In this document: piece after piece, positions 13,333 to 26,162 of the stretch
Numbering within the stretch: position 1 is the stretch's first letter
Layout: each line of letters begins with the position of its first letter
NCBI RefSeq assembly: GCF_009914755.1
Contig: NC_060926.1
From: the human T2T-CHM13v2.0 reference genome, Homo sapiens
Reading direction: 5' to 3' (one strand)
Length of the DNA: 64,000 bases
Program-made: the position numbers and the translations under genes
Notes under the pieces: generated by a model
What the model was told of the DNA's origin: nothing
The model's database searches: none
What the model saw: only the letters and a program-made list of their open reading frames with translations

Positions 13333-13660
13333 TGTATTTGAGCTGCTATAACAGAATACTATAGACAGGGTGGCTTAAACAACAGGCATTTATTTCTCCA
13401 GTTCTGGAGGCTTGGAAGTCCAAGATCAAGGTGCCAGCAGTTTTGGTTCTTGGTGAAGGCTCTCTTCCTGGCTGTATTCTCACATAGCAGAAAGAGAGAA
13501 GGCTCTGGTGTCTCTTTCTCTTTCTATAAGGGCATAATCCTACCATGGGGCCCCTACCTTCATGATCTCATCTAAATCTACCTCCCAAGGTCCCCATATC
13601 CTAATATTATCACACTGGGGATTAGGGCTTCAACATGAATTTTAGAAGGGATAAAAATTA
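13333..13660 (-). mobile_element. MLT1A0-like MaLR solo LTR
   Basis: GCTGCTATAACAGAATACTATAGACAGGGTGGCTTAAACAACAG...GTTCTGGAGGCTTGGAAGTCCAAGATCAAGGTGCCAGCAG...CACACTGGGGATTAGGGCTTCAACATGAATTTT. Confidence 0.85.
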
Positions 13661-15927
13661 GTCCTGGTTGTATGAAATATATTTACATAACAAAAAATAA
13701 CAAAACTAATTTATGTTCGTTATTATTATTAAATAAATTTTGGGATTATCAGTGCTGAGATCTGCAATTGAATGAAATGACATCTTGTGTTACATTAGGA
13801 TAGTTGGCAATGTCTTCTTTTTTTTAAACCGTTATTTTTCCTTTACTTTAAGCATGCCCTGAATTTGGTGGTTTGAAGGATCACACATTACCAAAAATGG
13901 GTTAAATGTATACGTAGTGATTAGAAAGACAAAACTTAGACAAACATCTTTTGGGGGAAAATAAAATCTCATAGTAAATGCATTCATTGAGTTCTGGACA
14001 GTAAGCCTTGTGAAAGTTTACCGTTCCTTAGCTTAAAAGATTTTATGTCGTCTTTGAGAGCTATCAAATGGGAAACTCTGGGGTAGCCTTGCACTGTGTT
14101 TGAAAATGCAAGATCTTTGCAATTTGCATCCTCTTGGTGAAATGTCAGCAGTTCTTCAAAAGATTTAATGACAGGAATAAATTAAAGAGACCTCATTTCA
14201 AATCAGTAGCTGATTGCCATTAACAATGGATGCCTAAACATGACTCTGGGCCACTAATTTACCAGTGGTCTCTTTACAGGGGCACACAAGCATTAGTCAA
14301 AGATTAAGAGTGGATTGTAAGAAGTGATAAGCTGAATGACTGATAAATATAGGCAATCCTTATGCCAGAAGGGCTTGGTTATATATTTCACAACAGAGAA
14401 GAAGAATGAATACATTTGATGAAGTTTGACCCAGGTTGGTGAGATGATCTGTTTCAAGAATTGAAGAAAGGAAAGGAGTCATGTCTGCTCTCAATGGTGG
14501 GTGTTTGTTGAATGAATGCATGAATGGTGACCGGTGCAATGGGGGTTCTCCCAGGGGAATACCTAGATTTACACGGATGCTCTTTCTCAGTAGTAGCCTT
14601 TGGATGAGGAAAGGAAATTGAGTTGGGAGACACCCCAAATCGAGGTGTTTTAGCCTGAAAGGGTGGAGGGAGCAAGGGAGCACATGAAGCACGTGAACTT
14701 GGCCTCTTCACAAGGGTCTTCACAATAGTCGGTAATCACAAGCTCCATTTCCTGATTGGTGGTTCCTGTGGGAGGGCGAGAGGGGGCTTCATTCCCTGCT
14801 GATAAAGTTTAATGTCAAGTGTAGACTGATTTGCTTCACCTCCAGGCCCTTTTTTCTCAACTTAGGGATGGCGGCTGTTTTTCTGTCAGACACAAGCTTC
14901 ACTTAATGACTGTGTAGTTTATTACCCAGTAGGTCATATCCTGTATATTTTAAGAACAAACACCTCGGAGACTGTGACTTGGTAGAAGGAGATGACATGT
15001 GTCACTGCTGTTATTTTCACTAGAGCCTGGTGGAAAAACTAATTACCTTTGCATCTGGGCAAATTCAGAGGTCAGTTTACCACTACTATATCACTACATG
15101 ACAGGGAACATGGGTAATTAGGTGGGATGTGTAACCTGGATATTCCATGGATCTCATTACATCTTATTTAGAAAGGCTATAATTTGATTGGTGGAAAATT
15201 AAGGCATCTTCTCATGGGTCATTTTATCTTTCTGCAATAATAATTCTTGGCTTGATTAAAAATTGATCCAGTGTCTTCAAGTGAATTTATTATTGCTGCA
15301 ATCTATCAATCACCCCCAGACAGATAATCTAGTTCCCATCTTTATCTGATTTGAAAAATCTGTCACTTATTATGTGTTGTTTTTTTCAATCATTTAAATT
15401 GATAGCATTCTAGGAAGGCATTTGCAACCACAGGTTTCTTGGAGAAGAGCTTGCAGACAGTGTGGGTACATCCTTTTATGGTAAAGGATTGGATAACCTG
15501 TCAATTTTAATAAATCGATTTTGAATTGGTCTATGGCAACATTTTCGTTATTAAAAATGATCAAACCCCATTTTGGGGAGTGTGAACAATTGAAGGATAG
15601 TGGAAAGGCAGATTTGCTTCCCCCTTCCTCCATGTCTCTCATAGCTTCTTTTGTTGAATCAGAAGACTTTAGTTCATTTATAGATTCTGAGACTGTAAAA
15701 CTTACACTGAACTCTGGAGAGTCAACCAAAATATGTTTAATGAGCCTTGAGAAATTGCACAATATCAGTCCATATGCAAGAAAAACATTTTGAGTTGATT
15801 CAGGCATTCAAAGAGACGTGATAAATTTAATTATTCACATTTTTATAGGTTCTTTCAGCTCATAGTACAACTCCAAATAAAAGATACAAAACTCTCAAAC
15901 ATCAAATGTATTTTTAAACCTTACCTT

Positions 15928-16160
15928 AATAATAATAGCATCTTTTATTAAGTGTTTACTGCATGTTGGTAAGAATATAAGTACTTTATGTGGGTTAGTT
16001 TATTTAGGTATCATAGCAACTCTATGGGTGGGGTTTAGGCATACAGAGGTTAAGTAATTTCCTGAGGTCACACAGGTGGTAAGTAAGCAGTGACACCAAG
16101 ATTTGAAACTTGGTAGTCTGATTCCAGAGTGTGTTGAGTTTCATTACTTTGCTGTCTCCT
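15928..16160 (-). mobile_element. MIR SINE
   Basis: AATAATAATAGCATC...TATTAAGTGTTTACT...AGAGGTTAAGTAATTTCCTGAGGTCACACAG...AAGATTTGAAACTTGGTAGTCTGATTCCAGAG. Confidence 0.75.
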
Positions 16161-16224
16161 GCCTTAGAATTCTCTCTCTGAGGCCAGATAGAAGGAAGGG
16201 TAAAGCCAACAATTTCAATAGACC

Positions 16225-17200
16225 AATTAATAGATATTTATTGAAGGTTGCTATAAATGGGGCACCATTCCTGGGTACTTGAGAGATACAAGATTTTCAC
16301 TGATATAAATAATACAAATAAGAAAAGATAACCATGCGACAATCTCCTATAAGTGACATTTATCCCAAACTGACAACAGGATTGGAGCTATAGAGATTCA
16401 GAGAATCAACAATTGTATGTCCAGCAATTCTGGAATGCTTCACCGAGGAGGAGGGGTTTGCATTGTGTCTTGACAAAAATTCTTTGCTTGACCAAACATT
16501 AGTGAGGCTCTTAAATCTTCTTTCCCTAAGTCCATCTGTACACTTCCTTGTAAAATCAAGTTGAACAAAAACTCTGCTAAATTGGTTTAGCCAAAACCCC
16601 CCACCCTCCATATCTAATCCCCTTCCATATCTGATTGGGTTCCTTTACCATCCCCAGGTAATGTCTGATCACCCTGGCATCTATCTTCAGCAAGAGTCTT
16701 GTTTAGCCAGAGTCTCCCTTACCCTTGATGTCTCCTCTTAGTCATTTTCCATCCACCAACCCCCACCCTGCTCCTCGGCTATAAATTCTGAGTTGCCCAC
16801 ACTGTGTTCAGAATTGAGCCCAGCTCTATACTGAGCTATCTTTTCCCTATAGTAATAGTCTTGAATGAATTCTTTTAATCACTTTAACTCTGATTTTTCT
16901 TTGACAGTCTTGAGGAACACATGGAATCTAGTGAGGCATAGAGAAGGTAAATGGCTTTCCAGACGGGAGGGATGGTGTAAACAAGCATGGGAATGGGAAG
17001 GGGTCAGATGATTTGGAGGATGGATGCCTGGAGCAGAAGACATGGTACTCCGTAGGATGAAATGCCGATAGGTCATCAGGGGCCAGATGTGTAAACCCCG
17101 AGCACTCAGGTGAGGGGAATGGAATTTGTATAAGAGGCTGGGGCAAGACATTGGAAGCTTTGGCACAAAAGTGGAATGTAAGCAAAGTAGACCCTAAGAG
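16225..17200 (-). mobile_element. L2 fragment interrupted by an ERV1 LTR
   Basis: Reverse L2 tail (TAATAGATATTTATTGAAGG) and purine-rich L2-like body continuing on both sides of the LTR. Confidence 0.5.
16471..16906 (+). mobile_element. MER31-like ERV1 solo LTR, 4-bp TSD
   Basis: TG...CA termini (TGACAAAAATTCTTTGCTTGACCAAAC...TTTTTCTTTGACA), TATAAA near 16790, TSD GTCT at 16467-16470 and 16907-16910. Confidence 0.8.
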
Positions 17201-17802
17201 GGTGAGTTGAACATAGAACAGACTGTAGGGCAGACCCATGATGTCGGAGGGCTGCTGGCTGACCACCTGCAAAAGGCAGACAATTTTTAGCCTTGGGGAA
17301 AGGTGGAGCGAAGGTCTTCAAAAGCGTCAGACTGAGGCTGATACAATTTGGCCTTACACCATGGCCTGGGAAACTGGTACCCTCTGTTCTGCCTCAGTTC
17401 CCCACAACTGCTCAACCCCACCTTCTGTCCATCACCTCCCATTCTGATTTCTCCCTCAGCTCGGATGTGCCTGGTTATCTCCTCACCCAGCCTGATCTCA
17501 GCCTCATGACTTGGCATTCCTTTCCTCGGCCACTTCCTTGGCTGGCTTCAGCCTCGACCAGAACCTGCCTCCATCTGTTACTCAGGTTTATTGAGACTCA
17601 TGGCTCACAAGCCTGGCTGCCTCCCCTGGCTGCGTGCCTCATCAAGCCCAGCAGGAGCCAGGGAGACCAGCGAGGAGGTAATGGCCTTAAAAATAAATCA
17701 TGAGAGTGTTGTGAGGGGCCTTCAATAGATCTTGATAGTGGGGCTTTAGAGGAAGGAACAGTTGCCATAAGTATGTAAGAAGTTATTTATTAAAAAATTT
17801 AA

Positions 17803-18105
<303 letters not shown>

Positions 18106-18171
18106 TCACTATTAGGATCCTAGGTAGATAGAGCTCTCTCTGATTAATGTATACTTTCATCTGATTTATAG

Positions 18172-18472
<301 letters not shown>

Positions 18473-18614
18473 TATAGCTTTTATTTAAGAAAAAAAGGAA
18501 ATAAAAGTTACATGCATTCACACGATTATTTAACAAATTATTATTGAGAGCCTAGATTCCAATAATAGGAATTCTACATCTTTACTTCTGGACGACTGAA
18601 AAAACAAAACCTTA

Positions 18615-18820
18615 AGTTTTATAGCATCTTGTACTTTACATAGCGTTTTCAAATATATTCACTCGACGCTGAGGACATCTCTGTTGGTAGGTGCTGTTAT
18701 TTCATTTTTTTCAAGGGAAGAAAATAAAATTTGAAACAGTTTCCACTCAGAATGCCACCCACTAACGAACGGTGGGGTCTGAAACCTGGGCTTCCGACTT
18801 GCTGAGCAGCGCTCTCCACC
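18615..18820 (-). mobile_element. MIR SINE abutting the CpG-rich region
   Basis: TTTATAGCATCTTGTACTTTACATAGCGTTTTCAAATATATT...GGTAGGTGCTGTTATTTCATTTT...GGGTCTGAAACCTGGGCTTCCGACTT. Confidence 0.6.
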
Positions 18821-19550
18821 GTAATACGGCTGCCTGCGGAACCGGCTGACCGGAAGTGTGGCTGTGGGTGGTTTACCGCCAGACTGTGATGGTGGCGGGG
18901 CACGGCTGCGTGACTGGTGAGTTGGTGAGGACGGGGCAGTGGACTGGGAGCAAGGCAGGCCCTGCCAGGGGGACTGACAGGCTCCAAGGTGATCTTCCTA
19001 GGAATGTCCACAGAGTGTGGGACCTGGCCTTGGCTGGGTTGGGTCCATTGTGTGGCTGCAATATAATCAAGTGGAGGACAGCTGTGATGAGACTGGGGGA
19101 TGCTGCTGTTGGGGGAGTGTGCCCAGACCCCAGGGCAGCAAGGCCAGCTCTAGTCACACGGATTAATCAGGCAAGGCCCCTCATCTGCTGTTGAACATGG
19201 GCGCGTGGAAGCACCGGCTTAGGAACAGGCTGGCGCCGAGACGGATGCTTGAACGCTTCTATGGAGGCTGGAGGGCTGGGCTGGGGACGGCAAGGGCCCG
19301 GGTGCTGAGCTGAGCACTGACAGGCTTTGCTTCCCTTTGTGTTTTCTCACTTCTGTGCGCGTTAGGCGGGGTCCGGGCATTTACCTTGTTTTGGTTTGGT
19401 GATAATTCCCTCTCACAATCTGCAGCGACTGTTTTCTGTTTCATGGGCTTCCGGGTAAGTTGCTTGGTGGATGACCTGGTGTATTTAATTTACTGGGCTC
19501 TGACTCTGCAGAGGGCGCTAAATGCTATGGGCTACGGTGTTCAGAACTGG
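18760..19550 (+). promoter_or_regulatory. Weak CpG-island-like candidate promoter
   Basis: About 30 CpGs in ~800 bp by manual count in an otherwise CpG-poor window. ETS site CCGGAAGTG at 18850-18858, GC boxes near 18894 and 19365, donors CTG|GTGAGT at 18917 and CGG|GTAAGT at 19455. Confidence 0.65.
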
Positions 19551-21399
19551 GTTCTGGAGCCCCCAGGAATCCCAGCAAGTGTGTTGCTACCAGAATTCCT
19601 TCTCTTCCTGTTCTTTTTGTTTCTGATTCCTAAGCCCCTTCAAGTCACATAGAGGAGGCTATTTGCCAAATTGTGTGAGCCCATTAGTATGTCAATCATG
19701 ATACCTTCCAAGTGCTTGCCGCTTTGTACATTCCAAAACACTTTCATGCAAAGCAACCCTTGGAATGGTTTTAGAATTCCTGTTATATAGATTGGAAGAT
19801 ATTTTTATTTCCATTTCATACATTGGGAAACTGAGGCTCAAAGGCCATAACACAGGAGAGGCATAGAAAAAGTCTCGCTCCAGGCCTCTTGACATGTGAG
19901 CAAGTGCCCTGCCGGACATATGTGCTTCCTCCCTGGATTTTCATTAATTTTTTTGGAAACTTGGTATTGTCATTGAGTGAGCTGAGGTGGTGAGGGAGGC
20001 TTACTCTTGTCCTTTAACATTAGCTTTTCAATAATGCTGAAGATGATGATGATAATGACAAATCGCCTATAAGATATGCCCATTCAGAAGTCTCTTGTGT
20101 AGTTCCCAGCATTTCAAGGAATTCATTAAAAACTGACATGAACCCCAGGTGACCTCAGGTCTCCTAATGTGCCAATCATTCATCTAAGGAAACAGAACTA
20201 AATTACTTGTACCTGAAAGAAAGCCTTTTGCAAAACAAGAGTATATACGCACTCTCACCGGAGCCCAGCAGTTACATTCAACGGTGGCAGTTATTATAAA
20301 TGGCTATATTCCTACGGCAACCCTGGAGAAAGAAAGAAAATTGTGCAACCAATTTAATGAGGTGTGTGTGTAAGAGGGATGGTTAGCAATTTGTCTTTAA
20401 CAATCTTGTTATACAGCAAGAGGCTCTAAGGGGAAAGAGAGAAAGAGAGAGACCGGGAGTCAATGCTCTATTTTCTAACAATTCTCAAGAGAGAGGAGAT
20501 AAAGACCAAGAGAATTCACTGAGCAAATGTTTTCTTTGTGGCAACAAATGCAGGCTTCGTGCTTGCAGAACCACTAGGCACTATGTAACGAGAAGGGTTA
20601 TAAATCTGGATGTAACGAAGGTTTCACCCCAGTGGTAATAGAGTTAGAGGGTGAAAGGTTGCATCTTGTTCAACCTTCTCTGGAATCGTTTTCTATAATG
20701 CTGGCAAGTAATTTTGTGGCATTTCTGGATGCTTAACTGAATAAAAAGAAATACTTATTTGGTACTGGAACCACTATTAGCAAGGTGGGCAGTTGAGAAT
20801 CTACCTAAGTATCCAGTAATGTTAAAATGAAATGGCAGAAAACCATTTTAATTGCATCATCTAGTGCCTCTAGACATGTGGGCACTTGTGTTCCCGGTGG
20901 TGACACACAATATGGAGAGATATTTAATTGGGCACTTTTGAAAAGAGAGCCCCTCTCAACAGGGACTACATCTTGGGCTTGTGCTTAGAAGACATTCAGC
21001 TCAAGAGCTGCCCTGGTGCACATTTCCTCTGCCCCTTTGGTTGCCTTTAGGTTCATCAAGTTCTAATTAGTTATTCTTTAGTTAATTCAGAAATGAAACC
21101 TTTATTGAGCAATTACTATGTTTCTGGCCTTATTCTAGATTCAATGATGTTTAGAAAGATTTTTACAACACAGTTTGCTGTTAGTCTAGACTTTTTGCTC
21201 CCCAGTGAAAGGGAACTTTTGGCAGCATCAAGAGGTAATTCAGTAGGATTCTATCTCTTCAACTTCATAATCTCCATTGTTTCCCAAAACCAATTCTAAT
21301 ATTAAAAACAATACAATGTTTTATCAACGTTAAGATGCCCTCTATTGTTAAAAAAAACTGTTATTTTATGTACCACTTGCATAAAGAAAAAATATCTAA

Positions 21400-22095
21400 G
21401 ATGGGAGGTCTAATAGGAGACCTCTTCATAGGCAGGACACCAAAGAGCTACGCACTCGGTGAAAGGGGTAAGGAAAATTCTCCAGCAGGGCCAGCAAGGA
21501 AACTTGCATGTCTCAGCCTTGGGCCTCTGCAGAGGGAAGAAAATACAAGTCTCTGTGAGAATCTGAGCCATAATCTAATACAGATGGAGCATCCTTAATC
21601 TGAAAATTCAAAATCCTAAATTCTCCAAAATCCAAAACTTCTTGAGCTCCAACATGATACCACACGAGGCAAATTCTACACCGGACGTCACACAATAGGC
21701 TCCAGTCAAAATGTTATCAAAACTGTTTTGTGTACAAAACTATTAAAAATAATGCAGAAAATTACCTTCACACTGTGTGTCTAAGGTGTATAGGAAATGA
21801 ATTTTATGTTTAGATTTGAGTCCCACTCCCAAGAGATCTCATTATGTATGTACAAATATTCCAGAATCTGAAAAAATCTGCAAAGCAAAACACTCCTGGT
21901 CCCAAGCATTTTGGAAAAGGGACACTCAACCTGCCAACCTGTAGTCACACAGGTCTAAAGTCTGAATTTACACCATTGGTGGGGTCCAATAATTCTCAAG
22001 CAGAGAAATCAATTTCCAGTGGGCTTAAGTAAGTTTGGCAGAAACAAATGCAGAATCCTTTCTGGAAGAATTCGACTTCATTTCAAGCCCACAGA
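21400..22095 (+). mobile_element. Old L1M 5'-region fragment split by Tigger4b
   Basis: TCTGAATTTACACCA...GGTCCAATAATTCTCAAGC...GGCAGAAACAAATGCAGAATCCTTTCTGGAAGAA resembles L1MC/MD 5' sequence. Confidence 0.45.
21581..21941. mobile_element. Tigger4b (MER46/Zombi family) DNA transposon
   Basis: TA|CAGATGGAGCATCCTTAATCTGAAAATTCAAAATCC...CCTGGTCCCAAGCATTTTGGAAAAGGGACACTCAACCTG...|TA, showing TIRs and TA target duplication. Confidence 0.88.
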
Positions 22096-22260
22096 TTATA
22101 AAAACGTATTGATTACGTGATACACTCTGATTTTAGGGATTATGAAAATGTGAGAATAATGTGCATCTAAGAATTGATGAACAGTGATAGTAATAATAAT
22201 GCTTTTCATGACTAGTATATTAATATAATTTTATGTAATTATTATTCTTTCCATTTGCTA

Positions 22261-22491
<231 letters not shown>

Positions 22492-22609
22492 CTATGTTTA
22501 TTGATCTGTAATCAACAAGCTTGCTATTCATATTCAGTTCTAAGAAAGTCCCATAGTCTCTCCCCAAATTAGATTGCCCTCCAAAGACCTTCCTATAAAG
22601 AAATGAGGG

Positions 22610-23140
22610 TACCCCAGCTGAAACCCAGTTCTAACCGACTTAAACAAAAAAAGGAAATATATGGTTCATGTATCCACATAAGTCCAGGGGTTAGATATGG
22701 CTGGATCCAGACACTCAAGTGTTCTCATCCAGACCTTGTAATTGCTCATCTCTTTTTTCTGCTTTCTCCGGTGCTGTGCTGGATTCAGAGCTTGGCTCTA
22801 CATGAGGCTTTCAGCACCCTTGGGCCTAAATCTTCATCCCTGTTTGCAGTCTCAGGAGAAAGCAAGGTTCTCTTTTCCACTTCCATCAAAGACCTCAGAA
22901 TTGAGTCTCATTGTTTGGTTGGATCATGTGTCCATCTCTGGTACAGGAAGATCATGAGTTGGATCCTGTGTCCATTTCTGGCATATGAAGAAGGTTTTGG
23001 GTACCCCCAAGTCATAGGGACTGAGAGTGGAGAGGAGTGATCCTCACCAGGGGTGCAATAATCAGAACAAGGGGACTTGGATGCTAATCAAGATGGAAGT
23101 CATGAGTTGTATGCTGGAAACAGTGGATGTCCTCTACATG
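22610..23140 (-). mobile_element. Old MLT1 (K/L-type) LTR
   Basis: GAAACCCAGTTCTAACCGACTTAAACAAAAAAAGGAAATATATGGTTCATGTA...AAGTCCAGGG...ATGGCTGGATCCAG. Confidence 0.6.
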
Positions 23141-23594
23141 TCCTCCTTGTCCTGGAGGAGGTACAGTTCACTTGTGGGCATACCCACAATGAGGTAAAAT
23201 GACAACTCAAGATGTCAACTGAAATTAAAGATATCTCTGTGAGAGATGTGACAAGGTTCTATGTAACAGATGCCACAAGAAGTACCACTGTAAGAGCTAA
23301 AAGAGGAAGAAGTGCCTGGACTAGGGTAACTGGGAACACCTTGTGGAAGAATTTGACAGGAGAAGAGAGGATGTGGTGAAGGATGAGGGAGAACCAGAAG
23401 GAAAAGAGTAAGAACAATGGTGTGCGGAGGGATAAGCAAGATCATGGTATCCTAACTCTGGAAAATTGGTTGACTTTGTGTGTGCCTAGTGTTCTGTGGA
23501 CTCCTCAGCTTGTGCTCAACCCCTGCTTCTATTCCTGGACAGAGGACATACTCTCCAGTGAACAGAAGAACTCCCTCAGTCTGGAGAAGTCCAC

Positions 23595-23810
23595 TGGGAT
23601 GAAAAGATTCCTAGATCTAATTCTGATCCTGTCTCAAACTAGCCGTGTGACTGGAGCAAGGCATTTAATTTCTTTTGGCTTCTGCTACCTTATTGGAAAA
23701 TAGTAATGATTTACCTGTCACATTTGTCTCACAGGGTTGTTGTGAGAACCCAGAGTAGTGTTTGTGAAGGTGATTTGAAACATAAAGTTCTGACGCAAAT
23801 GTAAAGCATT
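23595..23810 (+). mobile_element. MIR SINE
   Basis: AACTAGCCGTGTGACTGGAGCAAGGCATTTAA...CTCACAGGGTTGTTGTGAGAA...GTGAAGGTGATTTGAAACATAAAG. Confidence 0.65.
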
Positions 23811-24032
23811 GTCTATGGCACACAGACTAGTGTTGGTCTAATTGAAAGCTTGTACTCTGCTTGTTTCACCTTTTATTTTTGTTAGGGACTTTCTATAGAT
23901 TGTGAAAATAAGCAATAAATTTATGTGGGTTACTAGAATTATGAAAATGGAATTTCTGATCCTGAATTAACCAGCTTTCCCCTGAGCCAGTTTATCTACG
24001 GCAGGTAGGGTATCTCTATGCTGTAATAAAAT

Positions 24033-24088
24033 TTCCTTCCTTCCTTCCTTCCTTCCTTCCTTCCTTCCTTCCTTCCTTCCTTCCTTCC
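24033..24088. repeat. (TTCC)14 microsatellite on a reverse L2 tail
   Basis: Perfect 56-bp array followed directly by ATTCATCCAATATTTGTTGAG. Confidence 0.95.
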
Positions 24089-24618
24089 ATTCATCCAATA
24101 TTTGTTGAGTTGGGCACATTACTTAGCATATACGTAGAATGGAATTAAGACAATTAACTTAGAATCGCTTTGCATATTATTGCTTTATTTGTTTTCAAAG
24201 TCTGAGAACAATCAAAAGCACAGTACATTATCTTATTGTTACAACTAAAAAGAGTCTTGTAGGGCTTGAAGATCACCATCATGGGCAGTAATTATTGTTG
24301 CACTACCAGTGCACTACCAATGTAGTGCAATAATAATATGCTAGTTATCAGAGAGTTGTGATTGGTGAACTGCAAGAAAATTACCTTTCCTTGTTAAAAA
24401 AAAAACCCAAAACCAAACCCTCGTATCAGAAAATTGGTTTTCCTGAATCTAAGAATCTTGCTTTGGGCTCCCCATTTGATTGGGCACAAGCTTTCAGAGA
24501 TTTAGTTTCTCCTCCTTCTTCCTTAAGACATAGTCTTTGAAGAAAGGATAAATTTTTAAAATGCCTATTTAGAAAGATCATCCATGCCTAGAACCTTGAT
24601 GGCATAATAGCAAGGTAA

Positions 24619-24826
24619 TTTTTTTTTTTTTTTTTTTTTGAGACGGAGTCTCGCTCTGTCACCCAGGCTGGAGTGCAGTGGTGCGATCTCGGCTCACTGC
24701 AAGCTCACCTCCCAGGTTCATGCCATTCTCCTGCCTCAGCCTCCCAGCTGGGACTACAGGCACCCACCACCACGCCCGGCTAATGTTTTGTATTTTTTAG
24801 TAGAGATGGAGTTTCACTGTGTTAGC
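24619..24826 (-). mobile_element. 5'-truncated AluY-like SINE
   Basis: Long poly-T, AluY-type CACTGCAAGCTC and TTCATGCCATTCTCC, stops within the left arm; TAGCAAGGT on both flanks. Confidence 0.9.
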
Positions 24827-26162
24827 AAGGTCATATTTACCAAGCTTGTCATGACTGAGGAAATTCTTGGCAGAACAAGTCTCCATAGAAATTGTCTAAA
24901 TATGGCAAACTCCTAAGGAAATGTCTCCCGTTGGGGAAAAGGAGTGTCTAACTGGTCCCACATGTTTTCCAGGGGATCTCTTTCCCCCTCTGTCACTTTC
25001 TCCAGGCAGTTCTTATCTTTTGCGATGTAAAGGAAAGAAACATGATTTTAGGGAGGGCCTAAATATTAAGCATCCTTTCCCCTGATTCATTCTAATGCAA
25101 TTGTATGCAGATATGAGGGGATTTTTTTGGGTTATATCTGTCACTTGGAATTTCTCCATTAATGGAGTCTCTGAAGACATTTTAGGAATGAATAATATCT
25201 TTTATCTCATTGGAATATGCATGGGATTCCCATCAAGTCTGTCCTTGTGTGACTCTGAGTAGACAGCCAGTAAGATTTCCTCTTTCAAGTCTCTGTCAGG
25301 AATAAATACTCAGTTCTTCAGTAGTGCCCAGATGAAAACCTGATAGTGGAGGCTTTGCTCTGAAAGCAGACTGTGGCCCAGCTGTTCTGTGGTTTATGAA
25401 TTTTTTAGCAAGGCTGAGGCTGGTCGCTGAACAAGCATTGGCTGAGTTCAGGCATACGCTGGGGGTCTGATGACTTCAAGTAGGGGTTAGAAAAATCTGG
25501 CTGTGTATTCTGGGTTTCCCCTCTGAGGTTCGGAGGTTTGTTCAACTTTGGTTCAAAGTCAAGCTCAGAAAATGGGGAATGGGGGAAGCCACTGGCCCAG
25601 CAACTTGCAGTGACTCTCCTGCAAGCAGTGTGGAAAAGGAGCCACACTGAGGTCAGGTCAATGCCCATTTGGAGAGGGATGCTGCTGACTGGGCCACTCT
25701 GAAAATCCTCTCTCCAGTGGAAAAACAAGTACCTGGGGCTCTGCCTCCAGCAAAGGCTGGCTTTCTGTGTCAAATCTCACTTCAGCTGTGCTAAAGGAAG
25801 GAGTGGGGAGAATCAGAGTTTGGGCCAATGGGGAGAGAATAAGGACCTAACCGTTAAGAGAAGGTGGCACTTCGAAGACCCAAACTTACCCAGAAATTGA
25901 ATAACTTTTCTTCTCTGTATTTTACCTTCTTGACAAGGCATCTGAGGGTTGAAGGTCATATTTTTTATACCTTGCCTCAATTTCTTTAAGCAGTTGTAAC
26001 ATCATTGGGCCAAAGGGAAATACTCATTGGCTAGATGTCATTACCATTTAGTGGCCATTGGGAAGACAGGCTGGGAGCCAGGAATTAAGATACATTCTTC
26101 CTACCAGCGAGTTCTGACATTTGAGTCTGTGGAAAACAAAGTGAAGTGAGAATAACCTCTTC

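Larger units (their letters stand above)
21314..22190. mobile_element. MER104-like TcMar element in two halves (21314-21395 and 22100-22190)
   Basis: TAAGATGCCCTCTATTGTTA...TTATTTTATGTACCACT and TCTGATTTTAGGGAT...AAAATGTGAGAATAATGTGCATCTAAGAATTGATGAA resemble the two ends of MER104. Confidence 0.6.

Noticed and set aside
15394-15807. Overlapping antisense ORFs of 137 and 90 aa
   Set aside because: No recognisable domain, non-ATG starts, no clear splice context; consistent with chance.
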